This document shows positions 12,597 through 25,379 of a stretch of 64,000 bases of DNA, in pieces (positions within the stretch are counted from its first letter, which is position 1; every line of letters starts with the position of its first letter). The notes beneath the pieces were generated by a model. That model ran no database searches. It was given only the letters and a program-made list of their open reading frames with translations, and was not told where the DNA came from. The stretch comes from Kudoa neothunni (Eukaryota > Animalia > Cnidaria), in the NCBI GenBank assembly GCA_964304625.1, contig OZ199838.1, positions 7,955,350 to 8,019,349 of the forward strand, read 5' to 3'. Position numbers and translations under genes: made by a program.

Positions 12597-14520
12597 GGCT
12601 AAACTACTGTATACGTGTACCAAGTTCGGGATTCGATAAGGGCATTCGGTAAAAATCTGCATTTCATTTAATTTGTATATAATATCAATAAATATCTACA
12701 AAGTATCCTTAATTCTCGTTTGTAATACTTCCTTCGAAATAGGTAGTCTGATATATACTCAGGCACGGTTTGTGGCTTTTTTGTATTTACGTTTAAAAGC
12801 GCCCCAAATAGACTCAATCGGGTTAGTATGGACTCCATCACTTGAAACAAACTGTCATTTATGGATAACTCTTCCATGAACGAAGTCTAAACTTTCTAAC
12901 CTATTGTATACAGCCCAACCGTGAGTCCATGTTGTGGATCCTTCTTCTACGTTATCAACTATTATGTTCTCAAGAACATTCTGATTCCTGTAGCGAGATA
13001 TTTTTAAAAAACACTCACCATTTTCGTCTATTCCTCCAATTAACAAGAATTGTTGGTTCTTTAAAATTCTTCCGCGTTGTATTTTCTTCTGGAGACAGCA
13101 GTCTCATCGATTTGAACTATAACGTTCTCGCCTCCAATTTTTGTGCATTCTTCAGAGGTGGCGCTGGGACTTTGGACAGTATAGAGGAGGAAAACAAAAC
13201 ATTTCCACAATAAAAGCTTTGATAGTTCGAAAATATTGTATTTTCGAATTGAGCATCTCTTTCGGCAATATTTGCAATAAAACTGATGACCATCACCAAT
13301 GTCCTTCCTTGCCACCATTTTCATTATCGAGCCACAAGAACATTTAAGATAACTCCTCAAAAGTCCAATATTGATCAGACTTTCAATTGTATGTTTGGTT
13401 AAAGTTCAGTTCCTCCCCCCTTCGGCGTCCGCCGGTTACCCGCCATCGGTACTAATCGGGGTTCCGGCTGTTTACATTTTCCGGAGTATGCTTTCTGCAA
13501 TCTTCAATTACGAAAATTTAGATAACCTAAATTTTGAAGACTTATGTTACTTCAAGGATCATCCTGAAGATTTAATTTTTTTACAGCAACTTGACTTGCT
13601 ACCAACATCAATGGTTTGTTCCTGTGGAGGTCAAATGAAACTTTCTCCGAGGAACAATTAAACATGTTCATATTTTGTAGATTTTATTTTATTGTAAAAA
13701 TCTCTATAATTATGTCTTTTTCCAATCGTCAATGAATAAATATGTTTAGTGAAATACGGCATTGTTAAGTTTATTTTAATTAGTGGTAAGTGTTAACCTA
13801 TTATTTTTTAGAACAATTATATATATATACAAATTTATCAAATAATTAAAGTTTTTGTATAAAATGACAAAATCTTCCGAAAATTAAGTTAAAAAGATTA
13901 TTTCACATTAACATAGTCTCATTAGGATACAATTAAAAAAGAAATGGCATGATGTGTGATTTTATCTATCTAAAAACTATTAAAATTACATTAAGATATA
14001 AATATCATGAGTCGACATATTGTTTTAGTTTATATATTTTTTTAAAAAAGAACAAATAAAATCCATAATTGATCAATAATATCTATAATATCATTCAAAA
14101 TATTTGTTTACATACAACTATCAAATTTAATGATAAAAACATATATTAACTTATATATTATTTTGTTGTGTATATAAATTGACACCTAATTTTATAACTT
14201 TTAACATTTAAAACAATACATATTATATTTTTTTAATATATATATTTTGTTTAATTACGTCTAACTAAAATAAACTAGATTTTACTGGGTTTATATGTTA
14301 TGAAACGTGACCCGATTAGTACCGATAGCGGGTAACCGGCGGACGCCGAAAGGGGGAGGAACTGAACTTTAACCGTTTTTTGATGCTCTGATCATTTTAA
14401 AATTAAGCGTGACAAAAAAATCGGACATCATTGGCAACGCTGGTACTTACCACGTCGTTGGATTTAATTGGGGTACTTTTAGTGCGCAACATCCATGAAA
14501 GGCGCAGTAAGCTTGCAGCC
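12597..14520 (-). mobile_element. Merlin (IS1595/ISXO2-like) transposon, decayed, interrupted at 13397-14374
   Basis: Terminus GGCTAAACT; fragments KIGGENVIVQIDETAVSRRKYN, LIGGIDENGECF, TWTHGWAVYNRL; right boundary approximate. Confidence 0.8.
13397..14374 (+). mobile_element. Internally deleted Merlin with ~63-bp GC-rich TIRs
   Basis: GGTTAAAGTTCAGTTCCTCCCCCTTCGGCGTCCGCCGGTTACCCGC... with an inverted copy ending at 14374; retains N-terminus NLDNLNFEDLCYFKD...LDLLP homologous to 47482-47697. Confidence 0.85.
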
Positions 14521-14636
14521 AAATATTCTCTGACTACAGAGCATATTTCTAATAATAATTTTGATTGGTTAAACATTTTTAAGTGTTTATTAGAATAAAT
14601 AACAAGCTTAGGTATTTTCATTAGGAAAAATTGCCA

Positions 14637-15405
14637 TCTACTACATATATAAAGCTGAAGTGCCCGTTGTGCACTAATCTTCTCCTTATACTGAGACTTT
14701 TTTTAATATTTGAGGTTATTTTTGTACTTTAAAAAATATAAACGTAGCTACAAAAATATAACGGGTTTGTCTGTTTGCTTATAAAGTGGTGAATTGGATA
14801 TATAAACTTTATGTAAACAGATTAGCGGTGATGATAATGAGATTATCATCGCAAGTGATTCGCTATAATGTTGAGTGATATGCGTAGGTAACTCAAATTT
14901 TCTGTACGTAAACACAACTGAAACTTTGAAATTTTATTCTTTTCTACTTTTGAACGTACTTAAGACGATCTACAACATTCGTTGGTGCGCAGGCGGGGAC
15001 TCGGTGTAAACGAAGATTTTGTTTTCAACAAGGATATTAATACATGTGAATAAATTATTTGGTTTGCACGTTTAATTAGAGATAAAAAATTATATTAGTA
15101 CGTTATAATTAAATGCAACATTGTTAACAAACTTTTAGATTAGTTAGGTCATCGACGGGTTGGCTAAATCGATTAATACGCCACACGAGCCGTACGAGCG
15201 TATGATTTCTGAGCGAAAATAAAGTCCAATAAAGAAGAAAGTGAAGATGATCGAGTTTGTGATGTTTATATCGAATAACACTGTCGCCAAAAGAACGATA
15301 AAATAATTATAATTGACATTGAACTTAAAATGACCTTGGTCTACTCAAGACTTTAGTCTGCGTGCCGAGCAAGGAAACCCACGCGAAGGGGGACTTTTGT
15401 GCCAG
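14637..15405 (+). mobile_element. Non-autonomous Helitron, copy 2
   Basis: A|TCTACTACATATATAAAGCT start; 3' hairpin region CCCACGCGAAGGGGG then CCAG (degenerate CTAG); homologous to copy 1. Confidence 0.75.
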
Positions 15406-17080
15406 TCTATATAAAGCTCTTATGCCTGTCAGTGCGTGTGTGCAACGGAGAAACTTTTTTAAATACAACTTTTAGTTTGCATTCGAATAGATGATACCAT
15501 TAATAAAAATCGTTCATTTACTTAGAAGTATAAATGTAATCAATACCGCAGTTAGAAGTAAGGGATTTTCTGGTTGTTTACATCAATCACCAGATTAAAA
15601 GTACCTGCATAATAAGGATATTGGTTTACTTCGGAGTGATGCCAATTAAAATGAACTTTTTACTCACAATATAGAAAAAGAGTCTCTTAATTACGGTATA
15701 GAATGTTCTAAAAATTTTACATATGCCTGTTTGGAGTAATTTTAAGACAAATAAAACTATTAACGTTACATTACAAGAGTTTTTGCATTTCCCTTAAAAT
15801 TTGTAACATATTACACTTTTTTAAAATATAGATCCATTTTAAGCAAAAGGACTTTGATTATTTTAAATAAAACACATAATTTGAGATTATAAGTTGTTGC
15901 CATGTTGGAACAATTTAGGTTTCTATACACATTCTAAATATGATGTAAGAAGTGTGTAGAGTCTTCAAATAATTGAATTTTTGTGATAACTTCTTTTTAT
16001 CAAATATATCGATTGAGATTGAAACTATGTTCGTCTTTTCGATAAGTTTTTACCAATTTTTTTGGTTTTTCTAAACTTTCTTCCAAAACAGCTGGCACAA
16101 CTAATTCGATAAGTTTCTATATTTGATGAGATAATTTTTTAAATAACGTTTAAGTTCTTAGTTAATTAATTATTCCTTACCCCCAGACCTTAAGGTTAAC
16201 ATTCAAGTCAATATATAATTTTCTTTTCGCTAAAACTAATTCATTATAACATAAAAGCTGCATGAAAATATGCGACACCGCATTCTATACGCAGTTTAAG
16301 AATTCATATTCACGATTACTTCTGCACAAAATACAGTCCCCTCTCAATAAGTGATGTGTAAGTTAATAAGAAATTACTGGTCTATTCGATCTAATCGACA
16401 TTTTCACAACGTTTCCGTCAATCTAAGAATGGTTCAATACAAGGAAATTTTGTAGGTCAATCAAACAGTCCGTTATTTTTAAGAGGGGGCACTCCTTCGA
16501 GAAAACCAGTTCATATTTAAGCATTACTGTACTTGTTAAAACCAAAAACACATTTACATTTTAGGTTTAATCTTATTTTGTTAATTAAATGTATATATTT
16601 CTGAACCAGTAAGTATTATTGTTAAAAAACAAAGGTTGCGTTTATTAAAAAATCGGGAAATTACGTTAAACTAGTGAATATGTAAGTAATCACTCACATT
16701 TTTTTAAAACATCAATTAAAATCCTTCATAAAATTGAAAAAAAGGAGTAACAATTTATATTTTTATTTCTGACGCATCTTACGTTGATTTTATTTGTCAT
16801 AATTTGTAAAATAACCTTAAAAATACGCATTAATTTCCCTCAACACCTTTATTTATATTCAAATGTAAGGTGCGCGCATAATTTTGTTTTCCTAAATCAT
16901 CACATTGTAAAGTTAATGGATAGCTTTAAAATGCAACAATTAAAATAGGAAAATAAAATTTACAGGGTTTAGCGTGCTGATTAGATTAAATCTTACGTAT
17001 AATTTCTCCATTCAAAAATGAAACTAAAAGTTAAAATTTTCCATCGAATAGTACCAGGAAAAGCTGGGTATTAGCGCTAG
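15406..17080 (+). mobile_element. Non-autonomous Helitron of another subfamily, head-to-tail with copy 2; contains a possible ~160-bp pogo-like MITE (16334-16494)
   Basis: Starts TCTATATAAAGCT immediately after the copy 2 end; ends with the TACCAGGAAAAGCTGGGTA hairpin and CTAG|T at 17077-17081. Confidence 0.65.
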
Positions 17081-18145
17081 TAAACAGTAAATCTCGCTAA
17101 GAGTTGTAGTTTTACGCTTTACGGGATACTGTGTAATACGAATAGCTAGAAATAAAATTTTTAAAATTGTTGTCCATCAACATTGGATTGGTGCACCGTT
17201 GTCTGCGTCCGTAATTGTCAAAAGGCATTAATCTAAACGGAGCAATAAATTTCATTATTTACATAATTGCGGCATTACATTCTAAAGAACATTGACGAAT
17301 TGAAGATTTCGGCTATATCAATTTGTAGATATTCTCCAATTGTATAATTCTTCAATGGTAATCCTCCATACTAAAAAAGAAAGTTTTTTAAACGCTTTAT
17401 CCATGATAACCTAGAAAAAAACATCTTCGAATATAACAACCTATTTTTTAGAGTAGATAGGCTTGGCCGTCTTAGAGATCACAACGTGAAGTTTGATGAG
17501 AAGGGTTCTTTTTGAGCTATTGGAATTTTGAAATAGTTGATATCATCCGGGGGCCTGTGTAAAAAGTACCAATGGACGATAAACCTCGAGAATGCAGACC
17601 AATGAACAAAAGATATCCTCATGGAAAGTTCCATCTCATACAAACCGTAATGCGAGCAACATCAAACTGAATACCACGCAGCCATCGACACACTGACACG
17701 TACGAAGAAAACCACTATCGCTCAAACCCATGTATACTAAGCTCTATTCAGCCCATCACTAGGATAAATCAATTTCTGATTCGATAATTCTCAATAACTA
17801 ACTGCCGACACTCTTTAGACATCAAAACCCCATATTGTTACATAGAAATAAAAAGGCTAGATGTTATACTTAACACTAACTTCAACAAGCTCAAATATAA
17901 CAACAAACGCTACACTTTTCATAAAACAAACACTGCATCAGACAAAAACAATCAAATATATAATCAAAATAATTGTCAAGGAGATTTCCCCAGATTAAGC
18001 TTAGAAGTGTTTTAAGTACATTTGTAGAGTGTTTAACAACCTTCAAAAGCTGATCTATAAGTCGACATACTAACACGATTGGTATATTAAGTTAGCATAA
18101 AATCTTACAGAAAACTCCATACACCTTTAGAAGTTGCCTAACAAC

Positions 18146-19365
18146 TCAGTAGGGCCTAGGTCTGGTGTTAGATCCACCACCTCGATAACCTGAGCTTGAA
18201 CGCCCCCCTCTAGGTCCACCGGTAGGGACATATGCCTGTGCACCATAATTCCTATCACTATATGGCTCGTAAGAGCCTGGTACTGAATGAGATGAAACAG
18301 AGTGAATTCTATGTTCCCCAACTGGAGATGGAATACGACCTTGTGGCGAATATGCTAAACGTATACATTCATTAGACAAGATTTGGTGATAATTTAAGAA
18401 ATGTAAACCTTCATTTGATCGATATGAGGGTACAGGACCTCCTGCCATAGGCGGCGGAGGATAAAAGCTTCCTTGATCATAGTAATCAGCGGAATATTCA
18501 TAAGGGTTTGGTGGGTACATTGGTCTCCTATCGTCGTAATAATCATGGCTCCGAGGATACGTATCTCGAGAAGAACGACGAGGAGAATGCCTACTCGCTG
18601 TCACTGAACTAGCTACATTTGCGTCAACCAATCATTGTCAACAAATTATTTTGTTTACGTTTTAACGTTTGTTCTTTAGGGATAGCAGCTTTAAGATTAC
18701 ACCTCTTTCCGTGAAAAATAACGTCCAAATCCTCCAAAAGAACTCTTTCAGGGACATCCTCATTTTCAAAAATAACGAACCCAAATCCTCTGGGTTCTCC
18801 ATCACGATTCTTTTTAATATCAACTTCTTTTACAGGACCTAGGTGATAGAATTTTGAGTCGAAAAATTCCTATCGCCAACGAGAAAATTAATTAAATTTA
18901 AATCGTATCAACAAAGCACTCGAATTTCCTCAACCGTGACATCTCTATGAAGACCACCGACAAATATTTTTGGTGAGCGTTTAGGCTGTGGGTCACCCAT
19001 CTGACTTTTAGGTGTAGCTCGACGAACATCAACCTTAGAGAAAAATCATAAGGTGCAAAATAACAAGCGGCGAGCGAATTACTTCCTTGCCATCGACAAC
19101 ATGAGGTCGCGAGACAAGAACACTGTCTAAAACTTCAGGAGTCTCGTACGAAACGAAACCAAACCCTCTCGACACACGATTCTTGTCACATATAATAACC
19201 AAATCAGTTAGTTCGCCAAATTTTCCAAAGTATTCCCGGAAAACATCTTCTGTAGTATCACGTCTTAAACCCCCAACGAAAAGCTTGCACAAAGCTTCCT
19301 TTTTAGCAGATTTCTAAATAGTAATGTACTACCAAAAGTTTTTTCTTAAATCATACCTCAGACAT
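18146..19365 (-). CDS. hnRNP A/B/D-type RNA-binding protein (2 RRMs, low-complexity Y/P/G/R tail ending in PY)
   Basis: 9-nt first exon ATGTCTGAG; RRM1 KLFVGGL...RGFGFVSY; RRM2 KIFVGGL...RGFGFVIF; C-terminus RGGRSSSGYRGGGSNTRPRPY*; several ~45-nt introns. Confidence 0.9.
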
Positions 19366-19757
19366 AGAAAGTGGCAGCAACTAATTATCAGCGGATGTGA
19401 TCGGTATCCGATTTCACACGAAGGTGAGAATTTGTGAACATTGGATTGTTGTAATCCTGAAGCTGTTGAAATTCACTACGGTCGCACAATGCATCGATTT
19501 ATAATGTATTTTGGGGCTTGATTGTTCAAATATTATTTTCATCGCACGTTATAATTTTATCTTCGGTACCTTTTCAGTCAGATGAGTAACTGTTTAACGC
19601 TTGGCTTCTCAAATTTGAAATTGTTTACACATATATTACGATTAGAATACACAAAAAATTAATTAACACAATTTTTAACTTATATTATCAATAAAGTTTT
19701 TAACAATAAGTTAAAGGTAATCCCCGCCGCCTCCATGCTAAATTGCGTAAATCTATT

Positions 19758-20777
19758 GCCTAAAGTACGGTATAAGGACACTTTTCGGCATCTGTCGTGA
19801 CACATCGGATCTAAAGTAAAACGCCCAATATAAAACAATTTAAATATACTTCATTAATTATTATAAAGAAAATTGATAAAATATTATAAGAGGAAATTTC
19901 TTTGAAATAATTACAAAATTGGAGGGAAAAAATTCCGATTTTGTATTGGTGATGCATCTGAATTTGTGTGTGGTTGTATCTTGAATGACCTCTTTTTGAT
20001 TTATATTAACACACTTGACAGTCTTAAACTTGATAATATGTTTCGTGCAGCCGTTATCATTAAATAAGTGGGTTAAATTACGATAAGAAGGCTATTTGTC
20101 CATCCACAGAGTTAATCTCTATTACAATTTTGAGATACATTTCTTCAAGAATGACTTGGATGCATTTCTCAGCAAGGACATGGAAAAAGTTGGCACTAGA
20201 ATTAATCCCGCCCGATCCTAATATTCTGGTTTATGAGGACCTTCCTACAATAAACTTTTCGTTTACAAACTTGAGATTCATTTATTTTCTCAATCACATC
20301 AACACCAACAATAAGGACCCGTTAATAATGAAATATTCCGTATAAATTTCTCTTATGTAGTTTTTCTATCCATATTTGATTTCTCGTGACGATATTTTTG
20401 TTTGTTTCGTTAACATTCCATTAATTTCAAATACATCACGAAAAATATTTTCCATAATGACAATTTAGCACCATAAAAAATGATCTTATCTTAACGTAAA
20501 CCTGTTTCTTTCATTAATAAGATCAAAACACACGGTCATTCATTACGTTAAATTGTTTCAACGCCATAACTTGGTGACATTGGCAACAATCCCTCGTTTT
20601 AGGAATCAACTCAACATGTTGTAAAATTCAATAAATTTGTTATTATAATTTTTAAACTTTAAAACAGCCTCTAGAAACCAATCGCCAATAAATAAGGAAG
20701 TCAAGTTCATATTTCCGGTCAAATTCGCGGACACTTCCGACTGACGTCGAAAAGTGTTCATATACCGTACTTTGGCC
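19758..20777 (+). mobile_element. Highly decayed Merlin-like element
   Basis: Imperfect ~40-bp TIRs GCCTAAAGTACGGTATAAGGACACTTTTCG / rc GGCCAAAGTACGGTATATGAACACTTTTCG; KIGG remnant near 19915. Confidence 0.6.
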
Positions 20778-21187
20778 GGATATTGCGGCTACATACATGG
20801 ATAGACATTGATTAATTCGTTTTAACGAATAAATACGTAATTTTACAAAATGTCTAATATTTGTTTTTTATTTTTTATATGTACTGAAAGAAAATGAAAG
20901 CTCCAATATAAACTTTAACAATATAAATCTTATGCATGTACAGTTGGAATACAATGAGGCATTCTCATTAATTATATCACTAAGGACTCTACGTACTTTC
21001 ACATAGATTAAACTAATTTTAAAAATAAAAAATTTTTAAAACATACTAATGAAACGCGCTTAAAAATAAAAACTACGTGAAAGACAAAAAAATGTTACGT
21101 AGAGTACGCAGTGTGTAAAATCGGCTGCCCAATGTATAGATCCCAATAAAATTAGAATCATTTAAACCAACCCGATTCTCTATTTAA

Positions 21188-23470
21188 CCCTCCAACGGGC
21201 TTTGGGGTAAAAAAGACCCCAGATTTTTTTAATTTAATGTATGCAGAAAATTATTATAAACTTATGAGGAAAATGTGGGAAAATTCTGCCTAAGTAACGC
21301 TGAGAAAACAATCAATTACTTCATAATTAATCTTCAGTAATCCTCCTCGGCGAGATTAAGCAGATATCGCGATAAATCGTTTTTATAACGTATAATATGT
21401 TTAGTCTTATTTGAAATAATGAAAAATAACATTTTAGCAAAAAATAAAAGATAAAATATTTTCAAGGGTCCCTAATAAATTTGGTTTTTAATAGCTAGCA
21501 ATTTAGACATTTATTTGACGAATGGGCGCGACAATAGAAACTTCCACATTTTGAGCATTTGGATGAGGTTTTCTTATCGTTTTCACGAGGAAAATGTTCA
21601 CATCTTCGCTTAGAAGTATTTGAATCTGCATAGTTGTATGTTTCCATAGAAGTTGGATGAGATCTTTTTAAACATTTTTTCATATGGGAATTTCTTTCCA
21701 AAAGAGGTTTATACAACTCTCCAGCCATTTCTTTCAGAGAATCACGTCTCAATTTTGTGGAATCGTTAAATATATGTTTATATAGACAAAATGAATTTAT
21801 CAAAGTCAAATCCAACATATTATAAAAGACCACCATGGGCCAGCGTCGATTAAATCTGCGGACCGAGACGGAAGCCAACATCCAATCCACGGTATCTACT
21901 CCTCCTTTGGAACCATTATAATCCACTATTGTTTCAGGCTTTTGTTTATGTGTATCGTTGGTTATGTTGGTGTTGGTTGTTCCTGAGGATAGGAGAATCA
22001 CTGCTCTTCTTCTTTTGTTGACATATAAAGTGATCATATATTTATCAAAAAATATAAACATAGTGCTGAATAAGGAACGATTTCTAGACGGAAGAACACA
22101 CGGTGGTAAATCTCTCTTATTGTGTCGAATTGTTCCAAGATATGTCAGACGTTTGTCTAACAGCTTCTCGGCTAGTCTAAGGGAAGAGAAAAAATTATCT
22201 GCAACTATAGTTCTTCCTGAGTTATACAAGGGAGCTGTAAGGGAAAACACAATATTCTCACCAACACCATAGTTTTGGCTAGCTCGAGTTCCGTTCTTTC
22301 CTAGATAGGGAAAAATGTTTACAACATATTTGTGGACTGGATCGACAGCTAGGAAAAACTTTGCGCCATATTTCGCCGGCTTCATCGGCATATATTGTCT
22401 AAATGAGCATCTTCCTCTAAACGAGACTAACTGCTCGTCAACGGTGACATTTTCACCGGGAAAAAAACATATAGGTAGAGTCTGGATCCACATGTTCCAT
22501 ATGTTGCGAATTGGACAAAATTTATCCAATTCTCTTCTTTCAGATCTGGTGCTTGGATTGTCAAAACGAATACATCGTAGAATTTGGCGAAAACGATTAA
22601 ATGAAAAGATTTCGCGATACATCTCTCTCCCTTCCTTTATACTAAACATTTCTAAAAGAGGTTGCTCTCTGTCTTTGTAGACAGCTATCAAAATTAGTGT
22701 TCCGAAAAATCCTCTTAATTCAACGTCGTCTAAATCATTCCATAAATCAGAAAGGTGTAATTTCCCGTGAACGTTTGTTTGTCTTATTATTTCCTGGCAA
22801 ATTTCATTAGTGAAGAATACAAAAAAACAGTCAAACACGTTTTTGACTCCTTGTATGCAATAAGCTGTTGGCCCAGGACGAGGATTCATAATATTCTCCT
22901 TCAGCGTTTTTGATGGAGGTGGCTTATTCAATGTCCAAAGTATTCCGCTTTTGCTTTTCGTAGAATCCGCAGGATGTTCGCAATCTGATGTATCATCAGA
23001 TTCTTCGGAATATTCAAGAACGGTTTCAGCAATGTCGCTACTTAAAGGTTGATATTCATCGCTAAAATCCTCAGATGGCGCCATGATTATCTCAATGTGC
23101 ACAACAAACGATAAAATTGGTGTATATTTCGCGTTAACCCTCATATACGGTCCTAAGGCTTAAATTATCTATAGCTTATTTTGTAGGGGATTATTTATTC
23201 CTAGCATACGCGGTTAATATGTTAATTTTGCTTGTATTTAGCTAATAAGCATAGACCTTGCGGTATTCATATAAACGATGGCTTACGATATGTTGTGACC
23301 CACATACTTAATCGGATTACGGTGGATTATTGATTGATTAATAATTGCTAAATTTCTCAGTAATTATTAGGCAGATTTTTTTTAATTTCCTAATCATCTT
23401 ATAATAATTTTCTACATACATTAAATCAAAAAAATCTGAGGTCTTTTTTACCCCAAAACCCGTTGGAAGA
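21188..23470 (-). mobile_element. piggyBac transposon
   Basis: TTAA|CCCTCCAACGGGCTTTGGGGTAAAAAAGACCCC... with a long imperfect inverted copy ending ...CCCGTTGGAAGA|TAAA (degenerate terminus and TSD). Confidence 0.92.
21495..23084 (-). CDS. piggyBac transposase (PGBD4-like), intact ORF of ~529 aa from MAPSEDF
   Basis: DDD triad motifs VTVDEQLVSFRGRC, IVADNFFSS, YNGSKGGVDTVD; C-terminal cysteine-rich domain with one Cys apparently replaced (CEHF). Confidence 0.93.
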   Translation of the reverse strand: MAPSEDFSDEYQPLSSDIAETVLEYSEESDDTSDCEHPADSTKSKSGILWTLNKPPPSKTLKENIMNPRPGPTAYCIQGVKNVFDCFFVFFTNEICQEIIRQTNVHGKLHLSDLWNDLDDVELRGFFGTLILIAVYKDREQPLLEMFSIKEGREMYREIFSFNRFRQILRCIRFDNPSTRSERRELDKFCPIRNIWNMWIQTLPICFFPGENVTVDEQLVSFRGRCSFRQYMPMKPAKYGAKFFLAVDPVHKYVVNIFPYLGKNGTRASQNYGVGENIVFSLTAPLYNSGRTIVADNFFSSLRLAEKLLDKRLTYLGTIRHNKRDLPPCVLPSRNRSLFSTMFIFFDKYMITLYVNKRRRAVILLSSGTTNTNITNDTHKQKPETIVDYNGSKGGVDTVDWMLASVSVRRFNRRWPMVVFYNMLDLTLINSFCLYKHIFNDSTKLRRDSLKEMAGELYKPLLERNSHMKKCLKRSHPTSMETYNYADSNTSKRRCEHFPRENDKKTSSKCSKCGSFYCRAHSSNKCLNC

Positions 23471-25379
23471 TAAAAATTTTGTTCGATAAGAAATAATCAA
23501 TATTCCACATAAAAATTTTTATAAATCTATTTATTAAAATAATTTAGGAAATTAGACGAAATTTTAAGTATCCCAGATAATTATTAAATATTCTATTGAC
23601 AAATTAAAAATGATAATGTTATATGACCAAGCAAATTGATTTCTGGCGCGAAGTTTTAATTCTATTTAAAACTTTTTTAACTCGATACGTGACAGGATAA
23701 AAAATAATAAACTATGTAAGATTCGGAGGATATAAAAATTTAAATTTTTACAATAAATAGCATGAACTGCCACTGCCCGGCGTTGCTCGGTGAGGGTTTC
23801 GCGTAGAGACGTTTTGTAATACCATTCAAAAAAATATTGTATCAAATCGATTCATTGAAGCAGTCAAACTAAATTTTTTTAAGCATCATACTTTGTCGAT
23901 TTTGATTTCGAGATTTAAATCATGATCATTTCAGTGCAGGGTTGTATCAATCCCGGTTTTTAATGAACAATTTCTTGTTCCCTAATCATTTAAACTCTCT
24001 TAAAGTGCAATCTAATACGTTATTTTGTGGCCGGGGATTTTTAAAGTCGAATTCTGACTCAGCTTGGAAAATGTGAGCACTATTAACTTTAATGGATACA
24101 AAAATAGAAAATGTAATCGAGGTCGAAGAAAACATACAAAAACTAATTGATATTCCTCAAATTAATATCCTTTGGTCCACAAAAACTTTAATGCGCTTTT
24201 TCTAACAAATAATTTAAATAATCGGATGAAGTAAGCATACAACCATCTGCACTAAATTCAATCACTGAAAGTTCAATATAACGGACGATTTAAATGAAAT
24301 CTACGGACACGGTACATGCGCCGTAATGCTTCAATCTATCTGATTATAACACGCGTAACCAACTCAATAATAATGCAAATATTGACATTTTTTTATATCC
24401 ACACCTATTAATCGAGCCTTCAAAATGTGTTTATCAAGTCAATTACATTACAACTCCCGACATAAGGAATTTATTTGCGTAAATAATAAAATGAACGCGT
24501 CAATCTTATACGTCAAGACAGATGATATCGCTTAACTGACGTTTAATAAAGTACATAAGGGAAAATGTTAATTTCAACCGACCTTCACCATGATATTAGC
24601 CTGTGTTAATCTTATTGTTGAACCCAAGTAATCCGATAAATAAACTTTGAATAGACAAAATTACCATTTTCTAAACATTTTGGGGTATATTTGGAAATGT
24701 AAAAACGATTTAAAGATTTTTTAAAGCGTTGTGATTTTTAAATAATTTCATAAATATCTCTCTATAAGGAAAAAAAAATTGGACACACATGCTTAGTTTT
24801 TATGCGCGTGCGTGTTTTATTTTCTTCATTTATATATTTGGTTTTTTTCTATCCTTATACATAAATTCTGTGCGTTTCAATGCATTATCGTAACTATCTG
24901 GTGAAGACCTAATTTAAGAATTCCAAATACAACTGAGTGTGAGTGGAAATCATTTAGTCAAACAAACTTTGTTTTTGAGCCTATTCGATTCGTTTAATTT
25001 CAATTGATTGTATTACAGTCTTTCGTTAGATTTTTTAATAACACACAACAACTATACCTAGATGAGGTTTTATTTTTATGTGCGACCACTTATCCATTAA
25101 AATTAAGAAAAATTAGTCAAATAATTAATATTTAATTTGTTTAGGTAATACCTAAAATTAGGATTTTTCGAAAATTGATAACAAACACTTGTAATGATAA
25201 CTTAACATTGGATATCACCAACATCAGATTCTTTTTTTTTAATTCAAGCATTCAGAATTCAAACACAAAGATCTCTTCGTAATAATTCCGAAATTATTCA
25301 TGAAGAAACTATGTATTGCCATTAAAAATGTTAAAAAATCCAGACTGCTGGTCTTAACAGGAGCATAACATTTAAAAAT

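Noticed and set aside
17100-18140. Possible extra gene or ncRNA downstream of the hnRNP gene
   Set aside because: No recognisable ORF or motif; most simply a long 3' UTR.
21958-22680. Plus-strand ORFs antisense to the piggyBac transposase, and many similar short six-frame ORFs
   Set aside because: Shadow ORFs of real coding strands or AT-rich noise with no motifs.
23761-24900. Possible further Helitron (minus-strand CCGAGCAACGCCGGG hairpin near 23775)
   Set aside because: The CTAG terminus is degenerate and no matching 5' end was defined; too weak to call.
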